From: an uncultured Gammaproteobacteria bacterium
GTDB lineage: Bacteria > Patescibacteriota > Microgenomatia > Daviesbacterales > UBA10151
Assembly: GCA_964500725.1 (NCBI GenBank)
Contig: CAZCNP010000001.1
Coordinates: forward strand, 138,950-202,949
Direction of reading: 5' to 3'
DNA: 64,000 nucleotides
Below are positions 1 to 9,628 of the stretch, piece by piece (position 1 is the stretch's first letter; each line of letters starts with the position of its first letter). The notes beneath the pieces are model-generated. The model saw only the letters and a program-made list of their open reading frames with translations, was not told where the DNA came from and made no database searches. Both the position numbers and the translations under genes were made by a program.

Positions 1-190
1 GACCGAAAAGTTTGGCATATTGGTTAACCAAATTTCCCAAAACTTCTTTTTTATTGCCAGTGATTTTGACATCATCTACCCCACCCACTTCCAGTCCTGC
101 CACTTTTTTGGCCTGATCTAAGGCAACCGGTCCAATGATCGACTGCTGTTCCTTTATTATCCGGCTGATCGCCAAAATATATGGATCCAT
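1..190 (-). CDS. Small conserved hypothetical protein, runs off the window edge
   Basis: Hand translation from ATG at 190: MDPYILAISRIIKEQQSIIGPVALDQAKKVAGL..., open to position 1; starts 3 nt after the stop of the upstream membrane protein gene. Confidence 0.65.
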   Translation of the reverse strand, partial: MDPYILAISRIIKEQQSIIGPVALDQAKKVAGLEVGGVDDVKITGNKKEVLGNLVNQYAKLFG

Positions 191-193
191 AAC

Positions 194-997
194 TTAATCA
201 GTATTCAGAAACTTTAAATTAACCAAAGCTAAGCTATAGATGGCAAAGGAAGTCGTATACATCAAATCAACTATCCCTGCATTATAATAAAACTCACGAC
301 TAACACTGTATAAAAAGGTGTAATCAGTAAGGAACTGAATAGTAAATGCTAAAATGAAAAAAAGAATTTTCGGACGCATTATCCCACCAAGTAATTTTCT
401 AGAAAGCAAGTAAGTCAGGATAGCCAAAGAGATATAAAATGCTTCACCAGTAGGATAGGCAAAGTCTAAAAATACCCTAATAGGATCCGCAAAATCGATT
501 TCATAATCTTTTAATAATAAGGCATACGCAACTACCAATAAAATTAGTGGAATCAGTACTGCCTGAATCTTCCCACCCATTTTACTTAGCGATAACTTAA
601 TACCTGAAGCTTTAGCAAAAGACCACATTGCCAAAATATTAAATGGTATAACTGAAATATAGCCTATATCTGCAATAGATGGATAAGGTACTTCAACTTT
701 AGCAATTAGGTTAAAATAAGCCCAGATGAATTGACCAAAAACTTGACCTAAAAGTGCTAAAGATAAATATATAATCCCTCTTCCCATCACAGAGGACCAT
801 CCACCATATATCCGAGAAATAATCAGGCCATTAGCACCACCAACGAGAGCAAGTATTGGATAAACTGCACCGAATAGATTATTTTCAAAACCCTCTTTTT
901 GGCCAGAAATAAGAATCTTAACCCACCAGGCGAGGAGAATAAGGTAGAAAATAACTATAAACCAGGTTAGTTTAGAATTAGAAAGATTTTTAATCAC
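194..997 (-). CDS. Multi-pass (about 7-8 TM) membrane protein, sensor-like
   Basis: Hydrophobic helices; VPYPSIADIGY motif resembles membrane sensory domains found N-terminal to kinases and cyclases. Confidence 0.6.
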   Translation of the reverse strand: MIKNLSNSKLTWFIVIFYLILLAWWVKILISGQKEGFENNLFGAVYPILALVGGANGLIISRIYGGWSSVMGRGIIYLSLALLGQVFGQFIWAYFNLIAKVEVPYPSIADIGYISVIPFNILAMWSFAKASGIKLSLSKMGGKIQAVLIPLILLVVAYALLLKDYEIDFADPIRVFLDFAYPTGEAFYISLAILTYLLSRKLLGGIMRPKILFFILAFTIQFLTDYTFLYSVSREFYYNAGIVDLMYTTSFAIYSLALVNLKFLNTD

Positions 998-1030
998 TAA
1001 TTTGATTATGGAATTAAAAACAATAAAAAG

Positions 1031-1861
1031 TCAAGTAATCTGAACGCTTGTGGAAAATTTTCCAAATCCTTCACCCATTCGATACTTTATCTCTAAAATA
1101 ATCTCTTCCCCCTTTCTAACTCTTTGAGGATGTAAAGGAACAATAACTGGCATATTCATATCAGGGGTGCTCCAAATACTAACATCGGAACTCAAATAAG
1201 TTTTTGATGTTAACCTTATAGCATTAAGTAAACCATCTTGTTCAACTTTAATCACAATTTTTTCCAAAACATCCACCTCTATAAACTTATTAAAATCAAC
1301 CTGTTTAAAAACTACTACTGATGAAAGTTTTTGAACTACCTTTTGATTAGTTTCAAAGTTTCGAGCCTGTATTACAAAAGGCATTTGAAAACCATAAAAA
1401 TTAAAGTCATACTCAATCAGTTCTACTGCGCAATCTAGACGATAAGGAATTAATCTTGTTGCAGAATCTATTATTTTCTTCTCTCTTAAACTATTTAAAG
1501 CATGCGCTTGTTGCTCTGCGATTAAACAAGTATCTAAAAGCTCCGCTGTCACAACATCAATCCCATGCGGAAAATTAAAGTGTTTTATATCTGCAGAAAT
1601 GACCTCTATTTTGTCAGTTAGACCATTTGATTTAATATTCAACCTTGCAAACTCAGCCACATCCTTAGCAATTTCTACGGCAAATACCTTTTTAGCTCCA
1701 GCCTTAGCTGAAAGCAGAGCAAGTATTCCTGAACCTGTCCCGATATCCATAACAATATCGTCTCTTCTAACAACTTCTTTGATCGCTTTTTCAAAAACTT
1801 TCACTCTCTGCTTATCAAGTAAGCATTCCCCTATAACTTGTAAGTTACTAAAAATATCCAT
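1031..1861 (-). CDS. SAM-dependent methyltransferase, protein-arginine methyltransferase (PRMT)-like
   Basis: Motif I VMDIGTGSGILAL, post-I VFAVE, double-E loop TAELLDTCLIAE, beta-rich C-terminal half; no THW loop. Confidence 0.75.
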   Translation of the reverse strand: MDIFSNLQVIGECLLDKQRVKVFEKAIKEVVRRDDIVMDIGTGSGILALLSAKAGAKKVFAVEIAKDVAEFARLNIKSNGLTDKIEVISADIKHFNFPHGIDVVTAELLDTCLIAEQQAHALNSLREKKIIDSATRLIPYRLDCAVELIEYDFNFYGFQMPFVIQARNFETNQKVVQKLSSVVVFKQVDFNKFIEVDVLEKIVIKVEQDGLLNAIRLTSKTYLSSDVSIWSTPDMNMPVIVPLHPQRVRKGEEIILEIKYRMGEGFGKFSTSVQIT

Positions 1862-1869
1862 GTTTTTAT

Positions 1870-2730
1870 TTAATTATTTAATGCCAGTAATACAATTCCT
1901 AACAAGGCTACCACTATACCTATAATCTGCTGCTTAGTAACAGGATCCCTAAAAAGTATAAAACTAAGCAATACAAATAATACAGGATAAGACCCTGCTA
2001 TAGGAGCAACCAAAGCTACCTGACCTTTGCTAATGGCAAAATTATAGCCAAACTCTGCGCTACCGGTTAGAATCAAAGAAGCAAGTAGTGGTTTAAGACT
2101 TACTTTTAATTGTGGTTTTTTTATCTTTATTTTGGCAATTTTTAAAAAGAATAGTAGTAAGGGGAAAGATAAATAGGTAATATATGTCGGCCAAAACCAA
2201 CCTAATTTTGAGACTGGAATTTTAATAAATGCAAAGTAAATACCCCACGACAACATAGCAATTAAAGCAAAAATAATTCCTGTGCTTAATATTATTCTCG
2301 CTTTCTTTAGTTTCTCAAACTCAAAAGAAGATAAAACTACCCCAATAAATATTACGACTATGAATATAGCTTGCCAAATTGAAATTGTTTCACCAAGGAA
2401 TATTAATGAAAGAATCACAGTAACTGCTGCAAATGAAGATGCTATTGTTCCAATCAAAGGAGAGCTTTCTATCTTCAACGCTTGGTAAAATGCCACTAAA
2501 GCAATAATAAAAAAGATACTAATTACAGCTGTCAAGAAAAACAATATTGGAGTTATGGCTTTAAAATCACTCATTGCAAAAGGAATTAGTAAAGTAAAAA
2601 GAAAAGCTCCAGCTATAAGCGTCCATAAAGTTGTTGAAAAACCGCCTAGCTTTCTTGTAGCAATTGTTCCAAAAATATCACCTACCCCCCACCCAAAGAA
2701 AGATATCAAAGCAAAAAATATTGATTCCAT
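1870..2730 (-). CDS. EamA/DMT family transporter
   Basis: About 10 TM helices in two repeats; VAPIAGSYP and LGETIS motifs. Confidence 0.85.
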   Translation of the reverse strand: MESIFFALISFFGWGVGDIFGTIATRKLGGFSTTLWTLIAGAFLFTLLIPFAMSDFKAITPILFFLTAVISIFFIIALVAFYQALKIESSPLIGTIASSFAAVTVILSLIFLGETISIWQAIFIVVIFIGVVLSSFEFEKLKKARIILSTGIIFALIAMLSWGIYFAFIKIPVSKLGWFWPTYITYLSFPLLLFFLKIAKIKIKKPQLKVSLKPLLASLILTGSAEFGYNFAISKGQVALVAPIAGSYPVLFVLLSFILFRDPVTKQQIIGIVVALLGIVLLALNN

Positions 2731-2809
2731 ACAATTGAATTAAATATACTCTAACATGAATTAAACTGAAAATTAACTTGTAATATTATAACTAAAATAG
2801 GAGAAAAAT

Positions 2810-3163
2810 TTATTCCCAACAAACTTGCTGAAAGCGCATTGAAGAAGGAGAAGCTTTAAAATACTCTAAAACTGCTTCCTTGGCCTTTTCCTGATCAAAA
2901 GATTTACAGGAAAAAATATCAACCTGGGCTTCCCCATTTTTGGTAAAAGTATGAGCAGAAATATGGGAATAATCAATAATTACAAATCCTGATAAACCTG
3001 GGTTTTCAGGAATACCACTTACCACCACTGGACCATGCAGTACATGCATATCAATTTTTTCAGTTATATCAACTAAAAAATTCTTTAGCCCCTCTCCATC
3101 ATTTAATATTTGATTATCAACTTTTTCTAAATCTAAAATAATATGAAATCTTCCTGTCTGCAT
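2810..3163 (-). CDS. S-adenosylmethionine decarboxylase (SpeD)-family proenzyme
   Basis: GRFHIILDL, GLSGFVIIDYSHISAHTF, VDIFSCK; start taken at MQTGRFH (ORF track extends to 3202). Confidence 0.75.
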   Translation of the reverse strand: MQTGRFHIILDLEKVDNQILNDGEGLKNFLVDITEKIDMHVLHGPVVVSGIPENPGLSGFVIIDYSHISAHTFTKNGEAQVDIFSCKSFDQEKAKEAVLEYFKASPSSMRFQQVCWE

Positions 3164-3214
3164 ATTCGCTTTGTAAGAATATATTATGGGGGTAACAAAC
3201 ATAGTTTGTCAAAT

Positions 3215-3375
3215 TTTCCCCACAACAAAGTACTCTAATTTGCAGAGATGTGCTATAATTCAGTTATTATATTTTATTCTATAGGATAACCTATGAGTAC
3301 TAAAGAAGGTTTGGACGGATCCGTTTCAAACCAAGAAAAAAACAGCGCTCCTTCCACAGAGACACCGTTATATAT
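3215..3375 (+). repeat. Direct repeat R1 copy A (promoter plus 5' end of the 3293 gene)
   Basis: TTTCCCCACAACAAAGTACTCTAATTTGCAGAGATGTGCTATAATTCAG...ATGAGTACTAAAGAAGGT recurs at 9629-9845. Confidence 0.9.
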
Positions 3376-3613
3376 TAACGGTACCTCAATATTGGCTTTC
3401 AGTCAAGGGGTTAATTTTAGAGAATTCCCTACCTCTGTAAAAGAGATTTTCTCAGGTGTCAGACAACCTCAGGATAAATGGTATCGCACAGCAGTTCTTG
3501 CTGCTTCCGCAGCAGTTGGCTTTGGATTGTCTATCGCATTTGTTTCCTTACTTGATCCTCAAACACCATCACTAATAAAAACAGTCATAGATTCAGTAGG
3601 GAGAATACCATAA
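3293..3613 (+). CDS. Hypothetical membrane protein
   Basis: 106-aa ORF with a C-terminal TM helix; TGnTATAAT promoter upstream. Confidence 0.6.
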   Translation: MSTKEGLDGSVSNQEKNSAPSTETPLYINGTSILAFSQGVNFREFPTSVKEIFSGVRQPQDKWYRTAVLAASAAVGFGLSIAFVSLLDPQTPSLIKTVIDSVGRIP

Positions 3614-4431
3614 TGGCTAACCCGGAAAGAAGACATGCAGGACTGCGTGTGGCTTTGGTTACTGCTTTAGGATTCTCAGGCGCAACCGGTGCAGTGCTTG
3701 CAGGGAAGGCATTTCTTGAAGGAGTTTCCAGACAACCGGTAGTCGCCAGTGAAAATCAAGAAGGAGGCATTATGCCTTCTTTAAAAACCTTTAACGAGCT
3801 AGTCGCTCAAACTCCTTTCCCGGCTATACCAACAATTACAGAAACTCCAACAGCTACTTCTACCAGCACTGCTACAAGTACAACTGAACCTACTGCTTCA
3901 AATACACCAACAGGAACAGCAACTAAACCAGCAAGTACTGCAACAGGCACTGCAACAGCAACAGAAGTTCCAACCCAAGAACCTACCAAAATACCAGCCA
4001 CAGCTATTATTAAACCCACAGAGGTTCCTACTGCTGAAACAGCTCCTACTCCTGATACTACTCCAGCACCTACAGCTCTAGCTCCTAAAATTGAGCCACC
4101 TGCTCCCCCAACCCAGCCTCCTCCTCCCCCAGAAAATGTCGATCCAAAGAAACGATTGCTGGATGCTACAAAGGCAGACTTAGTAGGAAGACTGGGAGTA
4201 AGCCCAAATAATATTGCCCCTATACTATATGACAATGCACTTATCTGGCAGAAAGATGGTACTATACTTTGTCCATATCCAATAGGCCCCAAGGACGGTA
4301 CTGGCTCCACCCGTTCTGATGGCAAAATGATCGCATTTTATTTAAAAGATAGTCCTAAAATAATACACATTTATTTCAGCGATCCTAACACAGGTAATTT
4401 TTCCTATTGTGGTACAGGCACCCGATCTTAA
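3613..4431 (+). CDS. Membrane-anchored Pro/Thr-rich extracellular protein
   Basis: N-terminal hydrophobic segment, long PT/AT linker, small C-terminal domain with two Cys. Confidence 0.7.
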   Translation: MANPERRHAGLRVALVTALGFSGATGAVLAGKAFLEGVSRQPVVASENQEGGIMPSLKTFNELVAQTPFPAIPTITETPTATSTSTATSTTEPTASNTPTGTATKPASTATGTATATEVPTQEPTKIPATAIIKPTEVPTAETAPTPDTTPAPTALAPKIEPPAPPTQPPPPPENVDPKKRLLDATKADLVGRLGVSPNNIAPILYDNALIWQKDGTILCPYPIGPKDGTGSTRSDGKMIAFYLKDSPKIIHIYFSDPNTGNFSYCGTGTRS

Positions 4432-4494
4432 TAGCATCCGTTAAATTCTATCCTCTAATTGACCTTTGCATTCCTCATTTGTTACTCTTAAGCT

Positions 4495-4992
4495 ATGGAT
4501 AATCTAAATACTAAAGACAACTTATTATCTATTTCTCTTAAGAAGAAAAGAATATACATTATTTTTATAGTTTCCATTATTGTTTTATTATCAGCAATAA
4601 TTTTATTCATAAAATATCCCGCTTTTAAATCACTCTCTTCCAACCAAAGTCTGTATGGTGCAACTTTTGTCCCTCAAAAATACGACCAAAGCCCCACTTA
4701 TCCAACAGCAGTTTATCAAAAGGGTAAAGATTTTTTAGCTTACGGAACAATAAAAAACCTCGACAAAAAACTTTCTTGGGTTGAGCTGCAAGGCGCCAAT
4801 AATACTAGCTTTAAAACTCAATTAACTTGCAAAGGAAAGATTGTAGAGATGAGTATCCAGAACAATCAAAGGAGAATCGTCTCGTTAAAGGAGGGTTTAT
4901 CTGAAATGAACCTCGGAGACAAGTTCTTTGGAGTCTGTAGCAATCAAACTTGTCAGGAATTAAAAACTTGCACCCTTATCAAACGGTTTTAA
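4495..4992 (+). CDS. Hypothetical membrane-anchored Cys-containing protein
   Basis: N-terminal TM; C-terminal CxxxxC...C; co-oriented with the next gene. Confidence 0.6.
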   Translation: MDNLNTKDNLLSISLKKKRIYIIFIVSIIVLLSAIILFIKYPAFKSLSSNQSLYGATFVPQKYDQSPTYPTAVYQKGKDFLAYGTIKNLDKKLSWVELQGANNTSFKTQLTCKGKIVEMSIQNNQRRIVSLKEGLSEMNLGDKFFGVCSNQTCQELKTCTLIKRF

Positions 4993-4998
4993 TTTAAT

Positions 4999-7900
4999 AT
5001 GAAAAAAGGACCTAAATTATTAGTTCAACTATTATTCCTTTGTTTATTTTTGATAATTTTCTCAATTCTTACAAACCAAGAAGCACAAGCCTTAATAGAT
5101 GGTTGCGGAGGCTCAGAAGTCTGTTCTAGAAATGGCACCACAGGCTATTGCCCTGCTGCTCCTAATGATAGTTACACTGGTCAAGCATGCGCTGAAGAAG
5201 GATGCTGTTATGATAATGCTGGGATATGTGGCTCAGATTGGAGATATTGCGATGGTACTTTAGGGACCAATAGTACTGATACAAGAAGATATTGGGGTTG
5301 CCCTGGATGTGAAGGTGGTGGAAGCCCAACAGGTTCTATTTCTGCCAGCCCAAATCCTTGTTATTTAACAGCTAATAATAGTATTTGCACTTCTAATATA
5401 TCCTGGAATACCAGCAATACTTCTACTGTCAGGGTTTGTGTAAAAAATAGCAGCGTCAATACTTATGACCCGTTTAGCAGTGAACTTATTGGATCTTCAG
5501 AACCTGCTACCTGGATTGCTCCTGATAAAACTTATACTTTTACTATATTTAACTCCGGCAGCTGCAGTGGTGATTACCTTGCTACAACTACAGTTAGAGC
5601 TAAAGTACCTGCCCCAACTACCTCTACATCTTCTTGTATCAATGCAGATGGTTCTAATATAACTATTAGCTGGATCGATACACTTCCTGCCATAAGTTAT
5701 ATAGATATTAGTGCTTCTAGTACCTTCTCCCCCTATTATCATAAAAGTGTCTCAGGCACCCCTACCGATACTTATGGATTTACCGGTTATAGCAGTACGA
5801 TAAATGGACAACTTTTAACATTAGAGCCCAGTACCACGTATCATGTCCGGTCCTGGAATAATCAAGTCCAAAGTGATTCTTCTTCATTTACCACCCCCGT
5901 TGCCTGCAGTTGCACTGTTTCCTGGCATGATGTCCCTTCAGTTGTCTCTGCCAATACTGATTTTTCTCTTCATTTCACTGAAGGAACCAGTAATGTGGGA
6001 TGGAATTTTGGCTCGCTCTACTTAGATGATGTGTATGTAAACAATACCGTTGGAGGAAAATGCCTTACTGGTGCTGATATTAATGGAAACTGTGTTCTTG
6101 GTGATATTTATTTTGGAGCTTGGGAAGGCCTTAATTCAGGAGCACCTGGTACTCATACTTTAACTTGGAAAGTACCTGATACACGTACAGGAGTAACTTT
6201 TGGAAGCACTCCTGCCACTACCTGTACTCCATCTGCAGATTTTACTACCTGTGCAGTAGCATTTGACTGTTCTACCTTAGCCTGTCATACTAATACTACT
6301 TCTGCAATCTATGCAAATGGTATTTGTGGCTTAAAATCCTGTGCTCCAAATGCTCCAGCAGCCACAAGCTGTGGAGATGCCACCTGTCAAACTACTACCC
6401 CAACTTATTATACTGGCTCTAGTTGTAGTACTACTGCATGTTCTAACTACAATGCTTTTCCAGAAGCTACAATACCTGCTTGTCGGACAAGTGGTGGTTC
6501 TGGATATGATGGGAGTTCTTGTACCGAAACTACATACACAGCCAACTGTACTGATACTGATGCCTGTACTACTGATTCCTGTAGTGCTGCTGGGGTATGT
6601 ACTCATACTAATAATCCTGTTAATGGCGCCTGGTCTGATTGGAGCGGTGGCACTTGCGTATCCTGTGGAACTGGAACCTTAACTGGAGAAGTTAGAACGT
6701 GCACTAATCTTACTCCTTCTTGTGGTGGGACTGAATGTACTAGAAATGATGGAACCCTAACTACTCCTGCTGATAGAACAGAACAAAGATCAGGAGTAAC
6801 AGCCTGCACTGGCTCAACTACCTGTGACAGTACTCATTACTGTTCCTCTGGTACTTGTACAGCTTGTCCTGCTCTACCAGCTGCTCCGACTGGACTCAGT
6901 CCAATCACAGGATCTGTTCTTAGAACTGCTGGAAATACTACTTTTTCCTGGGATGCAGTTACAGGAGCTGCTGGGTATTATTTTAGGATTGCTCCTGACA
7001 TAAGAGTCCCGGGAGGTACTTGTGGTACAGATGTCTATTGCTCTGACATGATTACTTCTAATTCTATCTCCCGCACTCTTACAACTGGAACTGATTATAC
7101 CTGGTGGGTTCATAATGCTATAGCTGCAAATGGTTCATGCGGTACTGCTGGACCATATACTCCTGCCACTCTTCATGTCTGTTCTGCCATGACTACCCCA
7201 ACTCTCTTATCTCCTGCAGGAAACATAGATGCTGGTACCCGGAATATTACCTGGAACCGGGTTGCAAATGCTACAGCATATTCTGTGAGAGTAGCTGACC
7301 GAACTGATGGAAGCTCTGGTGACATAGAGAACTGTGATACCTGTACTGTAGATTTAACCCCTGCTGCTCTAAGTTGTGCTAATACAGCTGATACAACTTG
7401 CTCATATTCGTATAACTTTCTCTCAGGACACAACTACGATATCTGGGTTCACTCAAAGGTAGATAACAATTCTGAATGTTGGAGCAACGTGAACTACCTT
7501 ATTGCTAAAGTCCGTCCAGCTGTTTCTGCAGGTCCGAGCTGTATTCCCGCTGGATATAACGGAGCAGGATATACTATTACCTGGGCAGGCAGCGCTCCTG
7601 CCGGTTCCTACGTTGATATCAGCACCAGAGAAGACTTTGCTACTTACTATCATAAGGATGTCTCCAGTACCACCAGCACTAACGGAACCGATTTTAACCT
7701 TTCCACAGGAGGAGGAACCTCATTGACCTACAGTGGCAACACTCCATATTATGTCAGGCTTTACTGGAACTACTCCACACCTTACCACAGCGGCACCGCT
7801 TCCTTTACTACTCCTAACTATTGTACCCCTACTGGTTCCTGCAGTGTTTCTCCCACTACAATTACTACATATGCAACAGATACTACCACCTACACTGCCA

Positions 7901-8160
7901 CCCCATCAGGAGGAAATGGAACATATACATACTCCTGGACTTTTAATGGTAATACCGACCCATGTACTGCAAGTTCTTGTACTAAAAACTTTTCAACTGC
8001 TGGGACAGTAAGCTCCAGCTTGACTATCTCATCAGCTGGCTTAACATCATCAACTATCTCTTGTCCTGATGTAACTGTTCAACAAGCAGTAGGACCCTGG
8101 ATACAGGCTGTTGGTGATGTTCATTCAAATACTGGCATCAATGCTCCTGGAGGCCCATAA
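4999..8160 (+). CDS. Large secreted Cys/Thr-rich surface protein (FN3-like, TSP1-like, CTDC-like and PKD-like modules)
   Basis: Signal peptide (AQA); internal repeat of YxDIS..F..YYHK.VS; VNGAWSDWS..C..C..R.C; CTDTDACTTDSC; YTYSWTF PKD-like segment. Confidence 0.75.
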   Translation: MKKGPKLLVQLLFLCLFLIIFSILTNQEAQALIDGCGGSEVCSRNGTTGYCPAAPNDSYTGQACAEEGCCYDNAGICGSDWRYCDGTLGTNSTDTRRYWGCPGCEGGGSPTGSISASPNPCYLTANNSICTSNISWNTSNTSTVRVCVKNSSVNTYDPFSSELIGSSEPATWIAPDKTYTFTIFNSGSCSGDYLATTTVRAKVPAPTTSTSSCINADGSNITISWIDTLPAISYIDISASSTFSPYYHKSVSGTPTDTYGFTGYSSTINGQLLTLEPSTTYHVRSWNNQVQSDSSSFTTPVACSCTVSWHDVPSVVSANTDFSLHFTEGTSNVGWNFGSLYLDDVYVNNTVGGKCLTGADINGNCVLGDIYFGAWEGLNSGAPGTHTLTWKVPDTRTGVTFGSTPATTCTPSADFTTCAVAFDCSTLACHTNTTSAIYANGICGLKSCAPNAPAATSCGDATCQTTTPTYYTGSSCSTTACSNYNAFPEATIPACRTSGGSGYDGSSCTETTYTANCTDTDACTTDSCSAAGVCTHTNNPVNGAWSDWSGGTCVSCGTGTLTGEVRTCTNLTPSCGGTECTRNDGTLTTPADRTEQRSGVTACTGSTTCDSTHYCSSGTCTACPALPAAPTGLSPITGSVLRTAGNTTFSWDAVTGAAGYYFRIAPDIRVPGGTCGTDVYCSDMITSNSISRTLTTGTDYTWWVHNAIAANGSCGTAGPYTPATLHVCSAMTTPTLLSPAGNIDAGTRNITWNRVANATAYSVRVADRTDGSSGDIENCDTCTVDLTPAALSCANTADTTCSYSYNFLSGHNYDIWVHSKVDNNSECWSNVNYLIAKVRPAVSAGPSCIPAGYNGAGYTITWAGSAPAGSYVDISTREDFATYYHKDVSSTTSTNGTDFNLSTGGGTSLTYSGNTPYYVRLYWNYSTPYHSGTASFTTPNYCTPTGSCSVSPTTITTYATDTTTYTATPSGGNGTYTYSWTFNGNTDPCTASSCTKNFSTAGTVSSSLTISSAGLTSSTISCPDVTVQQAVGPWIQAVGDVHSNTGINAPGGP
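7997..8160 (+). repeat. Direct repeat R2 copy A (3' end of the 1053-aa gene)
   Basis: Nearly identical to 9896-10059, with an identical core of about 100 bp. Confidence 0.9.
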
Positions 8161-8172
8161 CGAAAATTCTGC

Positions 8173-8559
8173 CTACTTAAGTTTTGACTTTACAAAATAA
8201 GCTATTTTCTCTACTAACTTCTTTGCTTCTTCCGCACTCGATTTATTAATTGATTCAATAAACTCCGGGTATCTTGTTTCTATATAGTAAGGATTAAGCT
8301 CACTTACTAGATCAGACAATTTGTTGAATTCTTTATCAAATTCAGCACAGATTCTTACTAATTCTTTTAAATCATGTGTTTTCTTAAAATCCAGTTCTTT
8401 GGCTACAATAAGAGCTTTTAAGTATTTTTCCGCAGCTTGATGGAAATGAAAACATATTGGAGAATAAAATTCTATCCCTTCTTCCAAAGAAATTTTGGCA
8501 TATTTGAAATCCTCATCAGCTTTTTTGATCCATCCTTCTGCCAATTTTGGATCAACCAT
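8173..8559 (-). CDS. HEPN domain protein (partner of the adjacent MNT)
   Basis: ICFHFHQAAEKYLKA, KTHDL, ETRYP; start MVDPK overlaps the MNT stop. Confidence 0.85.
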   Translation of the reverse strand: MVDPKLAEGWIKKADEDFKYAKISLEEGIEFYSPICFHFHQAAEKYLKALIVAKELDFKKTHDLKELVRICAEFDKEFNKLSDLVSELNPYYIETRYPEFIESINKSSAEEAKKLVEKIAYFVKSKLK

Positions 8560-8872
8560 ATAATACTCTACCTTCTGAAAGTATTGACTTGATAAATGGA
8601 TCACCTATTCTAACCCTTTCTGAGACTTCTTTAGGAGTGTAAACAATAAAATCTGCAGCTATATTTTTTTCTACTAATTTATAAATCTCAACTACCCTAT
8701 CATGAAAGTTCCTACGATCATCCTTAATTATTAAAAAATCCAGATCAGAATCATCAGTCATATTTCCAGTAACAGATGAGCCAAACAGAAAAATCTTCTG
8801 AGGTTTGTACTTCTTTATCAGCTGGTCTGTAATAGAATCAATTTGGGACTGTATCTGTGATTTAGTCATCAA
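8552..8872 (-). CDS. Minimal nucleotidyltransferase (MNT) antitoxin
   Basis: FLFGSSVTG...DSDLDFLII (GSx10DxD). Confidence 0.85.
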   Translation of the reverse strand: MMTKSQIQSQIDSITDQLIKKYKPQKIFLFGSSVTGNMTDDSDLDFLIIKDDRRNFHDRVVEIYKLVEKNIAADFIVYTPKEVSERVRIGDPFIKSILSEGRVLYG

Positions 8873-8966
8873 ACGTATTATATCATTTTCATCAATACCA
8901 GCCCAACTTGTAAAACCAGTAGTTTTGATTTATGTTTAGCAAAGAGGAAGTCTGAAGCTCAAGAAA

Positions 8967-9302
8967 TTACCCCTTAAGCATCTGCTGAATCTGTTTTTTA
9001 AATGTAGGCAGGTCTTTTTTGATTATCTCCCATACTAACCCCAAATCTACTCCAAAATAACCATGAATCAGTTTATCTCTTAGACCTGAAATCTTCTGCC
9101 AAGGAATAGCTGGATATTTCTTTTTAAAATCACCTGGTAAATTCTTAACTGCTTCTCCTATTATCTCAAGTCTTCTGATAGCTGCATCCTGAATGGGAAC
9201 TTCTCTGATAAATTTATCCTTAGATATGTCATTCGTTTCTTTTTCAATCCATTCAATACTTTCTGAAATATGAATTAAGAAAATAGTGGAATCTTTCCGC
9301 AT
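8967..9302 (-). CDS. DUF86/HepT-like HEPN ribonuclease toxin
   Basis: RRLEIIGEA, IPW..I.GLRDKLIHGYF (Rx4HxY). Confidence 0.88.
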   Translation of the reverse strand: MRKDSTIFLIHISESIEWIEKETNDISKDKFIREVPIQDAAIRRLEIIGEAVKNLPGDFKKKYPAIPWQKISGLRDKLIHGYFGVDLGLVWEIIKKDLPTFKKQIQQMLKG

Positions 9303-9315
9303 GTATCTTGCTAAT

Positions 9316-9612
9316 TTAAAGAATCCGAATCTGATCTTTTTGAATATAGTCTTTAAGTAATGGATTAATAGAGTTATATGTTAATAAATCCACCTTTTTA
9401 CCTACTGCTTTTTTCAAATCCATCTCCAGACCTATTAGATCAAGCAGACTACTGCCTCTGGGAAGCTCTACTAAAATATCAATATCACTACCCCTTGCTT
9501 GATCACCCCTGGCAAAAGAACCGAAAAGACTGCTTCTTTTTACCCTTGCTTGTTTAAGAATAGGCAGGATTTGATCTTTAAGCTTTTCTATACGCATCTG
9601 TAACTTAGTCAT
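9316..9612 (-). CDS. MntA-like minimal nucleotidyltransferase antitoxin
   Basis: LFGSFARGD...SDIDILVE, KKVDL; start at MTKLQ, 7 nt after TATAAT. Confidence 0.85.
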   Translation of the reverse strand: MTKLQMRIEKLKDQILPILKQARVKRSSLFGSFARGDQARGSDIDILVELPRGSSLLDLIGLEMDLKKAVGKKVDLLTYNSINPLLKDYIQKDQIRIL

Positions 9613-9628
9613 TAAATTTATTATACCA

